A stretch of 64,000 nucleotides of DNA from Candidatus Falkowbacteria bacterium HGW-Falkowbacteria-1 (GTDB lineage: Bacteria; Patescibacteriota; Patescibacteriia; Patescibacteriales; UBA12465): assembly GCA_002840305.1 (NCBI GenBank), contig PHAI01000001.1, forward strand, positions 229,463 to 293,462, written 5' to 3'. The notes under the pieces are model-generated. The model was given only the letters and a program-made list of their open reading frames with translations, was not told the DNA's origin and ran no database searches. Each line of letters starts with the position of its first letter. Position 1 is the first letter of the stretch. The position numbers and the translations under genes are program-made. Below, piece after piece: positions 49,294 through 58,993 of the stretch.

Positions 49294-50547
49294 TTATTTG
49301 CTTATTTTTTTATTAGATAAGAAGATTAATTCGAAAACGTAGGAAAGTAATATGGCAAATATTATTCCAGTTATGCCAAAATAATTTATAAGAACAAAAA
49401 GTAATATAATTCTTATTATCGGTTTGATGATGTTGTACTGATACAAGGTCATTTTTTTTTCTTTAGCCTGGAATGCACTTATCAGCAACATTATGGGCCC
49501 TATAAGAACGAGCGATAGTGAAAACAATTGAGAGTAAAATATTGATTCTAAATATTGAGGAAAGAATACTCTATAAGCAAAGGGCGCTATTAAGATATAA
49601 CAAAACGACATTATTGCTAAAATGAGGGTCATTTTTAGTATCTTTGGTTTTAAATTTGTTTTTAAGTTTTCGGTGCTTGTTGCACTAAATTTTGGCAATG
49701 CTAACGCATTTATGTTTTTTATTAACCCTTTCATCTGCTCAACTGGAGCTATCGCTATGGAATATATAGCCAGCTCAGAGGCCCCTAGGTAATGGAATAT
49801 TAATAGTTTGTCCAAATAAATAGAGAAAATATTCAAGATGGACATTAGGCTTAAATGTTTCCCATAAGAAATAGTATTCGGGTCTTTTTTTTCATTTAAT
49901 TTGTTTTTTGAAAGAGTTATTTTTAATAAGATTAATCTAAGCAATGTATTACTTAATAAATATGAACTAACTATTAGATATATATTTTTTGTGAAAAAGA
50001 TGGTCACAACCATTGTTATGGCTGATATTATTCTGATGAAGACAGTGTAGCGACCTAAAGTTTTAAAATTTTTTTTTCCATTTAAATAGGACTCGTATAT
50101 TAGAATAGAATCCATGAATGGTATAAAAACGGAGACTATTAAAAAGGCGATTGCCAAAGTATCGTTGTTTTGTAGGTAATAGTAGAGGGCAAGACTTAAC
50201 CCCAACAGACCTCCAAGTAGTCCCCATTTAATTTTTGTTTTAAGGGCCGAGATAAGCGAACCTTCATAACCACGAGCCACGGCCTGTATTATGGCTGTAT
50301 TCATCCCGGTTAGTGTTGGTATGGCTAACAGAGAAACTATGGACATTATATATTTATAAGTTCCATAAGTTTCTTTGGGTAGTAAGTTGGCGAAGGCTAT
50401 AGCTAATAAAAAAGCAGAAACACTAGACACGCCCTGTCCCAGTGTTAGCCAAAAGCCTCCTTCGGCCAGATAAACCATGTCAGTTTTTGTCCATTTTTCT
50501 GATTTTTTTAGCAATTTATAGATTGCTATTTTTATTTTTTCAATCAT
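49294..50547 (-). CDS. Wzx-like polysaccharide flippase (MOP superfamily)
   Basis: 417 aa with about 12 TM helices. Sits in an operon with the priming transferase and epimerase, and its start overlaps the epimerase stop by 1 nt. Confidence 0.7.
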   Translation of the reverse strand: MIEKIKIAIYKLLKKSEKWTKTDMVYLAEGGFWLTLGQGVSSVSAFLLAIAFANLLPKETYGTYKYIMSIVSLLAIPTLTGMNTAIIQAVARGYEGSLISALKTKIKWGLLGGLLGLSLALYYYLQNNDTLAIAFLIVSVFIPFMDSILIYESYLNGKKNFKTLGRYTVFIRIISAITMVVTIFFTKNIYLIVSSYLLSNTLLRLILLKITLSKNKLNEKKDPNTISYGKHLSLMSILNIFSIYLDKLLIFHYLGASELAIYSIAIAPVEQMKGLIKNINALALPKFSATSTENLKTNLKPKILKMTLILAIMSFCYILIAPFAYRVFFPQYLESIFYSQLFSLSLVLIGPIMLLISAFQAKEKKMTLYQYNIIKPIIRIILLFVLINYFGITGIIFAILLSYVFELIFLSNKKISK

Positions 50548-51527
50548 TATATTTTATAATATTCTTTATACCATTCAACAAATTTTTTAACCCCTTCTTC
50601 TATATTGGTCTTTGGGTCGTAATTCAACATTTTTTTAGCCTTGGAAATATTGGCGAAAGTTTTTTCTACATCTCCCGGCTGAATGGGCTCAAGCTTGATG
50701 TTTGCCTTTTTGTTCAAATTTTCTTCTAATAATTTTATCAAATATCCTACTTCTACTGTTTGTGAATTTCCTAAATTGAATATTTCATAGGGATAAGCTT
50801 TTTCTAATGACTTGATAATGCCATCAACTATGTCATCAACATAAGTAAAATCCCTTAACATTTTTCCATAATTGAACAATTTAACTTCCTTGTTGTTCAT
50901 TATTTCGTTGGTGAATAAATACATAGCCATATCTGGCCGGCTGCTAGGACCATAAGCGGTAAAGAATCTTAATCCAGTGCAATTTATGTCAAACAAATGA
51001 TGATAATTGTGAGCAATAAGTTCGTTGGATTTTTTAGTAGCCGCATATAGAGAGATGGGGCTATCGACATTGTCCTCTTCTTTGAAGCCATCTTCGTTCA
51101 TTTCATTTTTACCGTAGACAGAGGAGCTGGAAGCGTAAATAAAGTCTTTTATATTAAATTTTTTAGCGCATTCCATGATATTGATAAAACCCTTTAAATT
51201 GCTTTGTTGGTATATCAAAGGGTTCTCTATGGAATATCTTACGCCAGGTTGGGCTGCTAGATGACAAATCTTGTCTATATTGTTTTCCTCAAAAACTTTT
51301 TCTAATTCTTTTTCTTCACTAATATCCAATTGATAAAATTTATAGCTATTATATTTTTTTAGAATATCATTGCGATGATTTTTAAGATCTTGAGAATAGT
51401 AATTGTTGATTGAATCAATGCCGATAACATTGAATCCATCTTCTAATAATTTTTTAGCCGTGTGAAAACCAATGAAGCCGGCAGAACCAGTAACTAGTAT
51501 GGTTTTTTTATTTTCTGAATTTCTCAT
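50547..51527 (-). CDS. NAD-dependent epimerase, UDP-glucuronate 4-epimerase family
   Basis: VTGSAGFIGFH, HLAAQPGVRYS, YASSSSVYG, SLYAATKKSNE, GLRFFTAYGPSSRPDMA. Confidence 0.8.
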   Translation of the reverse strand: MRNSENKKTILVTGSAGFIGFHTAKKLLEDGFNVIGIDSINNYYSQDLKNHRNDILKKYNSYKFYQLDISEEKELEKVFEENNIDKICHLAAQPGVRYSIENPLIYQQSNLKGFINIMECAKKFNIKDFIYASSSSVYGKNEMNEDGFKEEDNVDSPISLYAATKKSNELIAHNYHHLFDINCTGLRFFTAYGPSSRPDMAMYLFTNEIMNNKEVKLFNYGKMLRDFTYVDDIVDGIIKSLEKAYPYEIFNLGNSQTVEVGYLIKLLEENLNKKANIKLEPIQPGDVEKTFANISKAKKMLNYDPKTNIEEGVKKFVEWYKEYYKI

Positions 51528-51593
51528 ATTTTTTTGATTTTATTTTTTTATCCTAAGAATCATAAACATCTGAATTCCAGGAATCTTATTTTA

Positions 51594-52970
51594 TTATCTA
51601 CCTTCTTGCCCCAGGGCTGTCTTGATTGTTTTTAAAATAATACTTATATCCAAGTAGAACGATCTATTTTTAATATAAAACAAATCATATTGTAATTTCT
51701 TGTATGTATCTTCAACCGAGGGCGAATGATATTCACCCGATATTTGATCCCAACCACTTATACCAGGTTTAACCAAGCTTCTAACACTGTAAAAGGGAAT
51801 GTTGTTTGCTAGTTCTTTTATTATTTCTGGCCTTTCTGGTCGTGGGCCAACAAAGCTCATGTCTCCTCTTAGAACGTTTAAGAGCTGTGGTATTTCGTCT
51901 ATTCTACTTTTTCGAAGAAATTTACCCAGTACGGTTATCCTGGGGTCGTTTTCTTCGGTGGGAGCGTGATTATTTTTTTCTACTCTCATTGTTCTGAATT
52001 TATAAAGATTAAAGTCCTTATTATTCTTACCACTCCTTGTCTGTTTAAACATGACTGGTCCATGGCTCGTTATTTTTATTAAGATAGCGATTATAATAGA
52101 TAGTGGGAAAGCAAAAATTAAAAAGAAAAAAGATAGAAATAGATCAAAAATTCTCTTGATTCCCTCAAACGTTCTTTTTTCTGCCAGGTTTAAATTTTCC
52201 AAAAACCAAGCCTTGTTTAAAATTTCAAGAGGTATTTGTCCGCTGATCTCTTCGTAAAAATTTATCAGATTGTAGTAGTTTATGCCGCTTGGCAATAAAT
52301 TAAACAAGGTTTTTTGGAGATCTTTCATTTCGCCAAGGTCTTTCTCCAGAATCAAGCTGTCTATTTTATAGTCTTTTATCGCTCGAGATAGTTGATTGGC
52401 GTCTTCTACTATTTTAAGATCATAAATATCTGCTATATCTACTAAAACATTGTTTTTTTCGCTCAGTAGAAATTTAACATTGTATCCTAGTTGAGGGTTC
52501 TTTTTTATAGCCTGGATTGTTTTTCTTATTATTTCATTATAACCAATCATGGCAATATTTGATCCCGGTAGATATTTTTTATTGATTGATAAAAATAGCA
52601 ACCGCCAAAGAGTGAACAAGACGAAAGAAAAGGAGGCAAATATAAGTAAATTAGTTTTGGGGGTTATCTGGGCATATGGGACTAGATAAAACAAAATCAT
52701 GGAAAGAAAAAATGAAATAAGGGCACTTTTTATGCTTCTTTCTATGAGCTTATTTTGATTGATAATTTTTTTAAAATCATATAAGCTATTAATATAGAAA
52801 ATCATTAGCCATAGAAGAAAGACTGGAATAAAAATTTGAAAATGCTTTTCTTCTATTTCTGGCGATAGTTCGTCGGCGTATCTAAGAATCAGTGTGATTT
52901 TTAGAGAAATAAATAAAATGCTTAGATCTACCAGAAACAAAATTGTCTGTTTTATTTTTTTATTGTTCAT
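51594..52970 (-). CDS. polyprenyl-phosphate glycosyl-1-phosphate transferase (bacterial sugar transferase, priming enzyme)
   Basis: C-terminal domain [21 protein letters not shown] ... [24 protein letters not shown]. Confidence 0.88.
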   Translation of the reverse strand: MNNKKIKQTILFLVDLSILFISLKITLILRYADELSPEIEEKHFQIFIPVFLLWLMIFYINSLYDFKKIINQNKLIERSIKSALISFFLSMILFYLVPYAQITPKTNLLIFASFSFVLFTLWRLLFLSINKKYLPGSNIAMIGYNEIIRKTIQAIKKNPQLGYNVKFLLSEKNNVLVDIADIYDLKIVEDANQLSRAIKDYKIDSLILEKDLGEMKDLQKTLFNLLPSGINYYNLINFYEEISGQIPLEILNKAWFLENLNLAEKRTFEGIKRIFDLFLSFFFLIFAFPLSIIIAILIKITSHGPVMFKQTRSGKNNKDFNLYKFRTMRVEKNNHAPTEENDPRITVLGKFLRKSRIDEIPQLLNVLRGDMSFVGPRPERPEIIKELANNIPFYSVRSLVKPGISGWDQISGEYHSPSVEDTYKKLQYDLFYIKNRSFYLDISIILKTIKTALGQEGR

Positions 52971-53041
52971 ATTTTAGTTTTAGTTGTTTCTATTATAGCA
53001 GTAATTATTATAATAAATCAAATTTAATAAATTTAAAATTT

Positions 53042-55336
53042 ATGTCTGAAAAAAATTATTTATGGATCTTAAAAATTGGAGTTTTTGCTTCTTTGCTGAC
53101 TTTGTTTTTTGTTTTTTCTGATTTGCTTTTTCCATTCGTTACATCTAAGCAATTAAGCTTTAATATTCTGATTGAGATTTTACTTGTTTTTTATTTTGTT
53201 TTTATAATTAAATATCCAAAATATCGCCCTACAAAATCGCTAGTGACCTTTGGTCTTTTAGCTTATTTTGTGGCCATAATTCTTTCTTTGTTCGTGAGCG
53301 TTGATTTTAATTTGAGTTTTTGGGGTGACTTAGAGAGAATGCTCGGTTTATTTCACCTACTTCATTTCTTGGCGCTTTATTTTATAGTTGTTAGTGTTTT
53401 TAGGACTAAAAAAGATTACTTCTGGCTTTTTAATGTCATGATTTTGGTATGCTTTGTGGTTGCGCTAATGATGATTGGTTCACATTCAGAAAAATATTCC
53501 CAAAGCATATTGGGCAATCGTGCTTATCTAGCGGCTTTCATGATTTTTGGTATTTTTTTAAGTTTTTTAATGACGGTTAAAAACAAAGAATGGTGGGCAA
53601 AGGCGATTTATCTTTTTTCTTTACCGTTTTTTGTTTATTCCCTTATTAAGGCTAATGTTTCTGGCTCTCATGCTGGCTTAATGGTTGGTTTGTTTTTTTC
53701 TTTATTAATTTTTTCTATTTTTTCAAAAAGTAGAAAAATAAAAATTGGGGGAATATCAATTTTGTTATTTTTTGTTATTTCTCTGACCTCTTTGTTTCTT
53801 TTTCGTTCTAATACTGTTTTTGATGGAACATATTTAGGGCAAGCTTTAAGAGATTTTTCCAGTGAAAACATTACTTTGAGAACTCGTCTTATTTCTTGGA
53901 ATGCAGCTGGTCATTATTTACTTGATCATCCTGTTAATTTAATTTTTGGTGTTGGACATGGTAATTATGCTTTAGTTTTTGATAGTTATTTTGACGCTAG
54001 TTTTTACGATTACGATCGTCATGCTACTTATTTTGACAGGGCTCATAATAATTTAATTGATATTTTGGCTACAACCGGATTAATCGGTTTGCTCACATAT
54101 TTATCTTTAATTTTTTTCTTATTTTATTTTTTAAACAAGACTTATCAACAAAACAAAGGAAATTATGATATTAATAATATAAAGGGTTTGAATATTTGGG
54201 AATATTCAATTTTGTCAGGTTTACTTGTGGCCTATTTTGTTCAAAATTTGGCCGTTTTTGATTCCTTCTCGACTTATATGTACCTAATGTTTTTTATGGC
54301 CTTTGTTAATTTTTTAGAAATTTCTAATAAAAAAATAGATAATAATATAGTTGAAACAAAAGGTAGAAAAGAGGGTGTCAGGGAGGAAATTTTGTTTTTA
54401 TTTTTTGGTGCCGCCTCCTTAATGCTAATATTTAATGTAAATATTTTAGCGATTAAAACATCCAGAAAAACAATTGAGGCTTATACGTCTTTGGGCAGGG
54501 GTGATGTTTTGGGTTTTTATCAAAAATCAGGCGAAGCTTTCACTCTCAACTCTGTGATGGCCAGAGACAGTAAGGAGTCTTATATTAATCTAGTGACTAG
54601 TAATTTTGATTCCATGTTAGAAAAATCATCCTTGGATGATTTGGAGAAAATAGTTTTGTTAGCTATTCAGGCAACTGATTCTAATTTGAATTATAATGTT
54701 AATGATAGTTTAATGTTGTTTAGATCAGCTAAGGTTTATGAAATGGCTGGACGTCTTTATTCTAAAAAAGGCGATAATAATCAGGCTGTAAAATATAATG
54801 ATATAGCATTAAAGTTGATAGATATGGCTATTATATCTAGTCCTCAAAGAGTTCCTTTGTATTCCTTTAAGTCAAGCATTTTGCTTAATGTTGGTAGGGA
54901 AGATGAAGCTCTAGAAAGTTTAAATTATGCTAAAAATATAAACAAAAAAATGCCCGATGCCTTTTGTCAGTTGGCGAATTTGAATTTTGTTTTTGAAAAT
55001 ATTGAAGAGTTTCATAAAGATTTTCCGATTTGTATTGAGGACGGGGGACTGGAATTGATGAGTTTTGATTCTTTTATTTCTGGTTTTGAAGAATATTTTT
55101 TTGCCAAAGAAGATTTTGAGTCTCTTAGAAAGATTTACGGAGTTATTTTAGAAAAGTATCCCGAAGATATAGATTGGTTATCCAGATCGGCCTTGGTTTA
55201 TTATCAAATCGGAGATTTTGACCAAGCAGAAAGGAATGCTTTTAAAATTTTAGAGTTAGACAGTTCTTATAAGGAAGATATTGACTTATTTTTGGAACAA
55301 TTGAAGTCTGCAAGAGCGGAGGCTAACGTAGATTAG
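53042..55336 (+). CDS. O-antigen ligase-like (Wzy_C domain) polytopic membrane protein with C-terminal TPR region
   Basis: ATG 53042 preferred over 52943, which would overlap the divergent gene. Wzy_C-like loop RTRLISWNAAGHYLLDHPVNLIFGVGHGNY ... RAHNNLIDILATTGLIGLL. The C-terminal ~330 aa is helical-repeat/TPR-like. Confidence 0.75.
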   Translation: MSEKNYLWILKIGVFASLLTLFFVFSDLLFPFVTSKQLSFNILIEILLVFYFVFIIKYPKYRPTKSLVTFGLLAYFVAIILSLFVSVDFNLSFWGDLERMLGLFHLLHFLALYFIVVSVFRTKKDYFWLFNVMILVCFVVALMMIGSHSEKYSQSILGNRAYLAAFMIFGIFLSFLMTVKNKEWWAKAIYLFSLPFFVYSLIKANVSGSHAGLMVGLFFSLLIFSIFSKSRKIKIGGISILLFFVISLTSLFLFRSNTVFDGTYLGQALRDFSSENITLRTRLISWNAAGHYLLDHPVNLIFGVGHGNYALVFDSYFDASFYDYDRHATYFDRAHNNLIDILATTGLIGLLTYLSLIFFLFYFLNKTYQQNKGNYDINNIKGLNIWEYSILSGLLVAYFVQNLAVFDSFSTYMYLMFFMAFVNFLEISNKKIDNNIVETKGRKEGVREEILFLFFGAASLMLIFNVNILAIKTSRKTIEAYTSLGRGDVLGFYQKSGEAFTLNSVMARDSKESYINLVTSNFDSMLEKSSLDDLEKIVLLAIQATDSNLNYNVNDSLMLFRSAKVYEMAGRLYSKKGDNNQAVKYNDIALKLIDMAIISSPQRVPLYSFKSSILLNVGREDEALESLNYAKNINKKMPDAFCQLANLNFVFENIEEFHKDFPICIEDGGLELMSFDSFISGFEEYFFAKEDFESLRKIYGVILEKYPEDIDWLSRSALVYYQIGDFDQAERNAFKILELDSSYKEDIDLFLEQLKSARAEANVD

Positions 55337-55350
55337 AGAATAATTAAGAA

Positions 55351-55379
55351 TTGTCTTCCTTCGTTCTTTGTGCTATAAT
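55351..55379 (+). promoter_or_regulatory. candidate strong promoter for the second modular pilin
   Basis: TTGTCT, 17-nt spacer, TATAAT with an extended -10 TG (TGTGCTATAAT). About 95-nt leader to ATG 55478. Confidence 0.5.
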
Positions 55380-55477
55380 TCCAATAATAAATATTTGTTT
55401 TAGCTTCTATAATTCTTTTTGAATATTTCTAGATGATTAAATAAAAAATATAAAATAAATAATTAATTCTAAAGTTT

Positions 55478-56998
55478 ATGTTTAACCAAAAGAAAAAGGC
55501 TTTTACCTTAATTGAATTGTTGGTAGTAATAGCTATTATTGGAATACTGGCTACTTTGGCTGTAGTAGCTCTCCAGCAAGCTAGATCTAGGGCTAGGGAC
55601 AGTAAAAGAGTGGCTGATATGAAACAGGTATCTACTGCTTTAGAATTATTTTTTAATGAAAATGGTAGATATCCAACGACAGAAGAGTGGGAAAGCGGTT
55701 CTATAACTTCTTCTACTACTGGGGAAGTATTTATGTATAATATTCCTTCCGCTCCAACTCCGGCTGACGGGTCTTGTTTAGAGGCTTCCAACACCTATGT
55801 TTATACTCCCGTTGACAATGGTGCTAGTTATGCTATTGATTTTTGCATCGGGACACAACTCTCAAACTTAAATTCAGGCGGTAAACAACTTATTCCTGGT
55901 GGTATAATTGATTTCGGTGAGTCAGCAGGAGAAGAAGAAAGCGGAGGAGAGACGGAAACGGTCTGCTTGACCTCGCCCACCTCTTGTTCCTGGGAAATGT
56001 TAGGCAGTTCTGGTTTTTCTGGACCCTGGATTGATAATTTAATTCTTGATATTGACCAAGGAGTTCCTTATATAGGGAACACCGGTGGTTCTTATGAGTT
56101 TTTTGTCATGAAATATAATGGTACTTCTTGGGAGGATATTGGCGGTGATGTAGCGGGATATGCAGTTTCTAATGGTGTAGATTTTGACGTTTATAATGAC
56201 GTTCCCTATGTATCTTTTCAAGACCCAAACGACCTTAATCGACTTACAGTTATGAAGTATAATGGATCTTCTTGGGTATTTGTGGGCAACTCTACTATTT
56301 CGTCTGGGCAAGCCAATGCTTCTTCTATTTACCTTTATAATACTGTTCCTTATATAGCCTATAGTAATCAAGTTTCATATACAATTCCAGAAGCTACCGT
56401 TTCTACTTACAATGGTAGTTCTTGGCAAAATGTTGGTACTCCTGGTTTTTCTACGGATGGAATTTCTCAAACATCGCTCATTGTTTATAATGGAACGCCA
56501 TATGTTGCTTTTCAAGATTTCGCCAGTTCTTATGAGGCCACAGTTATGAAGTATAATGGCTCTTCGTGGGAATATGTTGGTGACCCCGGTTTTTCTTCTG
56601 GGCAAATTGATGGGATGACCTTTGATATTTATAATGGAGTTCCTTATGTTGCATTTAGAGATGCTTCTAATTCTTACAAGGCAACGGTTATGAAATATAA
56701 TGGCTCTGATTGGGAGGTGGTTGGGTCTGCTGGTTTTTCTGCCGGTATGGCGATGGAGAAGGTTGTTATAGATGTTTACAATGGGGTTCCGTATGTTGCT
56801 TATAGTGAAACTTCAAATGGTGGTAAAGCGACTATTATGAAATACAATGGTACTTCATGGGAAAACTTTGGTGCTCCTGGGTTTTCCTCTGGCGTGGCTT
56901 ATAAAATCAGCTTTATTATTGATGATGGGATCCCTTATGTTTCTTATCAACAAGACCACGAAGCTGTTGTTACAAAATTTACTCCAATTCAGGAATAA
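55478..56998 (+). CDS. modular type IV pilin: N-terminal pilin module fused to seven ~48-aa repeats (probable 7-bladed beta-propeller)
   Basis: KKKA|[24 protein letters not shown]. Repeats of the form ATVMKYNGSSWEYVGDPGFSSGQ......IYNGVPYVAF.D. Confidence 0.85.
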   Translation: MFNQKKKAFTLIELLVVIAIIGILATLAVVALQQARSRARDSKRVADMKQVSTALELFFNENGRYPTTEEWESGSITSSTTGEVFMYNIPSAPTPADGSCLEASNTYVYTPVDNGASYAIDFCIGTQLSNLNSGGKQLIPGGIIDFGESAGEEESGGETETVCLTSPTSCSWEMLGSSGFSGPWIDNLILDIDQGVPYIGNTGGSYEFFVMKYNGTSWEDIGGDVAGYAVSNGVDFDVYNDVPYVSFQDPNDLNRLTVMKYNGSSWVFVGNSTISSGQANASSIYLYNTVPYIAYSNQVSYTIPEATVSTYNGSSWQNVGTPGFSTDGISQTSLIVYNGTPYVAFQDFASSYEATVMKYNGSSWEYVGDPGFSSGQIDGMTFDIYNGVPYVAFRDASNSYKATVMKYNGSDWEVVGSAGFSAGMAMEKVVIDVYNGVPYVAYSETSNGGKATIMKYNGTSWENFGAPGFSSGVAYKISFIIDDGIPYVSYQQDHEAVVTKFTPIQE

Positions 56999-57017
56999 AT
57001 AAAAAAACAAGAAGGTG

Positions 57018-57046
57018 TTGACTTTAATTCAAAAATGTGATATACT
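57018..57046 (+). promoter_or_regulatory. candidate promoter
   Basis: TTGACT, 17-nt spacer, TATACT with TG at the extended -10 position. Confidence 0.5.
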
Positions 57047-57084
57047 GGTTAGTTAGTTCTTTAATGTTGTTAAAAAAATAGACC

Positions 57085-57795
57085 ATGAAAAGTAAAATTA
57101 AGAATTTTTTTGGACGTATTTCCGTTTTTTTTCAGTTTAAGACTAAGGAGAGGATTAAATTGGAAAAACTTTTTGATTGGCAAATGGAGCAGCTCAAAGA
57201 AATTGGGATATCAAAGGATATTATTTCTAGGTTTAGAGAGAAGAAAGACGAGGTCTTAAATCACTTTCTTTATTTTTGCTCTTTGCCCGGATATTACGAA
57301 ATGACCGCTTTTTTGCCCGTGATTCCTTTAGAGATTTTAAAGAGATCTTTTCCTTTTCCTTTGTCAACGATAAACAAGCAGGAATTGTCTAGCGGTTCGT
57401 CCAGAAACTTGGCTGAGTCTATAGACACGGAAGAGGTGTACGACTTAAGAAGTGACACGGAAATACCAACGCCTTATTTTATATTTGGTTTGGAAAATGG
57501 GATGAATGAGAACTCTATCTCGAGTGTCTCTCCTTCGATTGCTCAGGATTTATTTGCACGAACAAGACTATCTCCATTAAATTTGAGTGAAGCGCTTTCC
57601 ATGCTGATAATCTTTCCTGGTTTTTACAATGGGAATGGTGAAAAAATTTCCATTATGGGCTCCAGGTATAGGAACGAAAAAGTAATTCCGGAGTTTTTTC
57701 GAAATGGAAAAGGCTTTCAATTATCTTGGGCCTATGATAGTAATCTCGGAGTTGAAAAAGTTTATCCTGTTTGTTGGGAGAGAAAGTTTTTTTAA
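57085..57795 (+). CDS. hypothetical protein
   Basis: 236 aa, soluble. No motif recognised. Confidence 0.5.
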   Translation: MKSKIKNFFGRISVFFQFKTKERIKLEKLFDWQMEQLKEIGISKDIISRFREKKDEVLNHFLYFCSLPGYYEMTAFLPVIPLEILKRSFPFPLSTINKQELSSGSSRNLAESIDTEEVYDLRSDTEIPTPYFIFGLENGMNENSISSVSPSIAQDLFARTRLSPLNLSEALSMLIIFPGFYNGNGEKISIMGSRYRNEKVIPEFFRNGKGFQLSWAYDSNLGVEKVYPVCWERKFF

Positions 57796-57837
57796 GATAT
57801 TTTTTCGTATTTAACGGCTATTTACTTAGCCGTTTTT

Positions 57838-58980
57838 TTATATTTCTTTTAAAATTTTTTCAGCGTAGTTTTTCTCTCCGATTTGAGGTAGGGGATTTTT
57901 GAAATAACGTTTATAATTAAGACAAAAATAGTTTATTTTATTTACTAGATCATGTGAATTTTTAGCTTCAAATAGTATTCCTTTATATTTTTTTATTAAT
58001 TCACTTATTCCACCTAGGTCGGAAGCAATTATTGGCATATCGAAGGCCGACGCTTCATAAATAACTGTTGGTGAATTTTCGTAGCAAAGAGAGGGAACTA
58101 TTAAGCAATCATTTTCTATTAGTTCTTTCTCTATTTCGTTTCCTGTATATTTTCCTAAAAATGTGATATTTTTATTATTTTTAGCCATTTCTTTTGCCTT
58201 TTCCATTTGGCTTCCATCTCCAATAATTTTTAACTTTATGTTGTCATTTTTTATTTTTCTGAAACTTCTTATTAGAAATAAGACACCCTTATGCTCTTCT
58301 ATTTGTCCAATAAATAAGAAATTAAAAATATTTTTTTCTGTTACTTCTTGTTTTCTGTTGATATCTTTTTTTGTAAAAGCCAGTGGATTATCTAGTACTA
58401 TTTTTTTACTTTTTCCAAAAAAACCACGTTTTTTATGTTTGTTTAGCAACCATTGGGAAGGAGAAATTATTAAATCAGGAGAAGATGCTAAATATTTATT
58501 TATTTTTTGATAAATTTTAGCGGGAAAAGTATTTGTTATTTCTTCTTTTTTGTAAAACATTAAACCAGATGGGTGAAGAAGTTGAATGTCGTGTAATATA
58601 TGTGCGTGTTTTATTCCTAATCTTTTTATAATCTTAAAGCTTAAATAAGAAAGACCCATTAAGTTATTGCTTATAACCAAATCTGGTTTTTCTGTTTTTA
58701 ATATTTTTTTTAATTTCAGAGCTTGGTTTAAATTAAAAATATTTAATATTTGCCAAAATAGCCTGTAAACAACGCTGTGTTTTCCTAGGTTATAATAGTT
58801 TGAATTTAGATAGTATGTTTTTGTTTCTTCGTTTACATTTTTTGCATTTCTTGGCTTGGTAGTAACAATAAAAACACAATGTCCTAGTGTTTTTAATTCT
58901 TGAACTGTTTTATCGGCTATTTTTTCGGCCCCGCCTTTTTGGTATGGTTTGTATAAATTATTAATCACGGCTATTCTCAT
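57838..58980 (-). CDS. glycosyltransferase family 4
   Basis: IGQIEEHKGVLFLI ... PSLCYENSPTVIYEASAFDMPIIASDLGGISELI. Confidence 0.8.
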   Translation of the reverse strand: MRIAVINNLYKPYQKGGAEKIADKTVQELKTLGHCVFIVTTKPRNAKNVNEETKTYYLNSNYYNLGKHSVVYRLFWQILNIFNLNQALKLKKILKTEKPDLVISNNLMGLSYLSFKIIKRLGIKHAHILHDIQLLHPSGLMFYKKEEITNTFPAKIYQKINKYLASSPDLIISPSQWLLNKHKKRGFFGKSKKIVLDNPLAFTKKDINRKQEVTEKNIFNFLFIGQIEEHKGVLFLIRSFRKIKNDNIKLKIIGDGSQMEKAKEMAKNNKNITFLGKYTGNEIEKELIENDCLIVPSLCYENSPTVIYEASAFDMPIIASDLGGISELIKKYKGILFEAKNSHDLVNKINYFCLNYKRYFKNPLPQIGEKNYAEKILKEI

Positions 58981-58993
58981 ATTTTTTTATATT

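Noticed and set aside
55429-55794. Antisense ORFs over both pilin N-termini (55429..55794, 35962..36147, 35972..36160).
   Set aside because: They mirror the conserved, relatively GC-rich pilin module on the opposite strand. The plus-strand pilin reading frame has the canonical prepilin motif and far better support.
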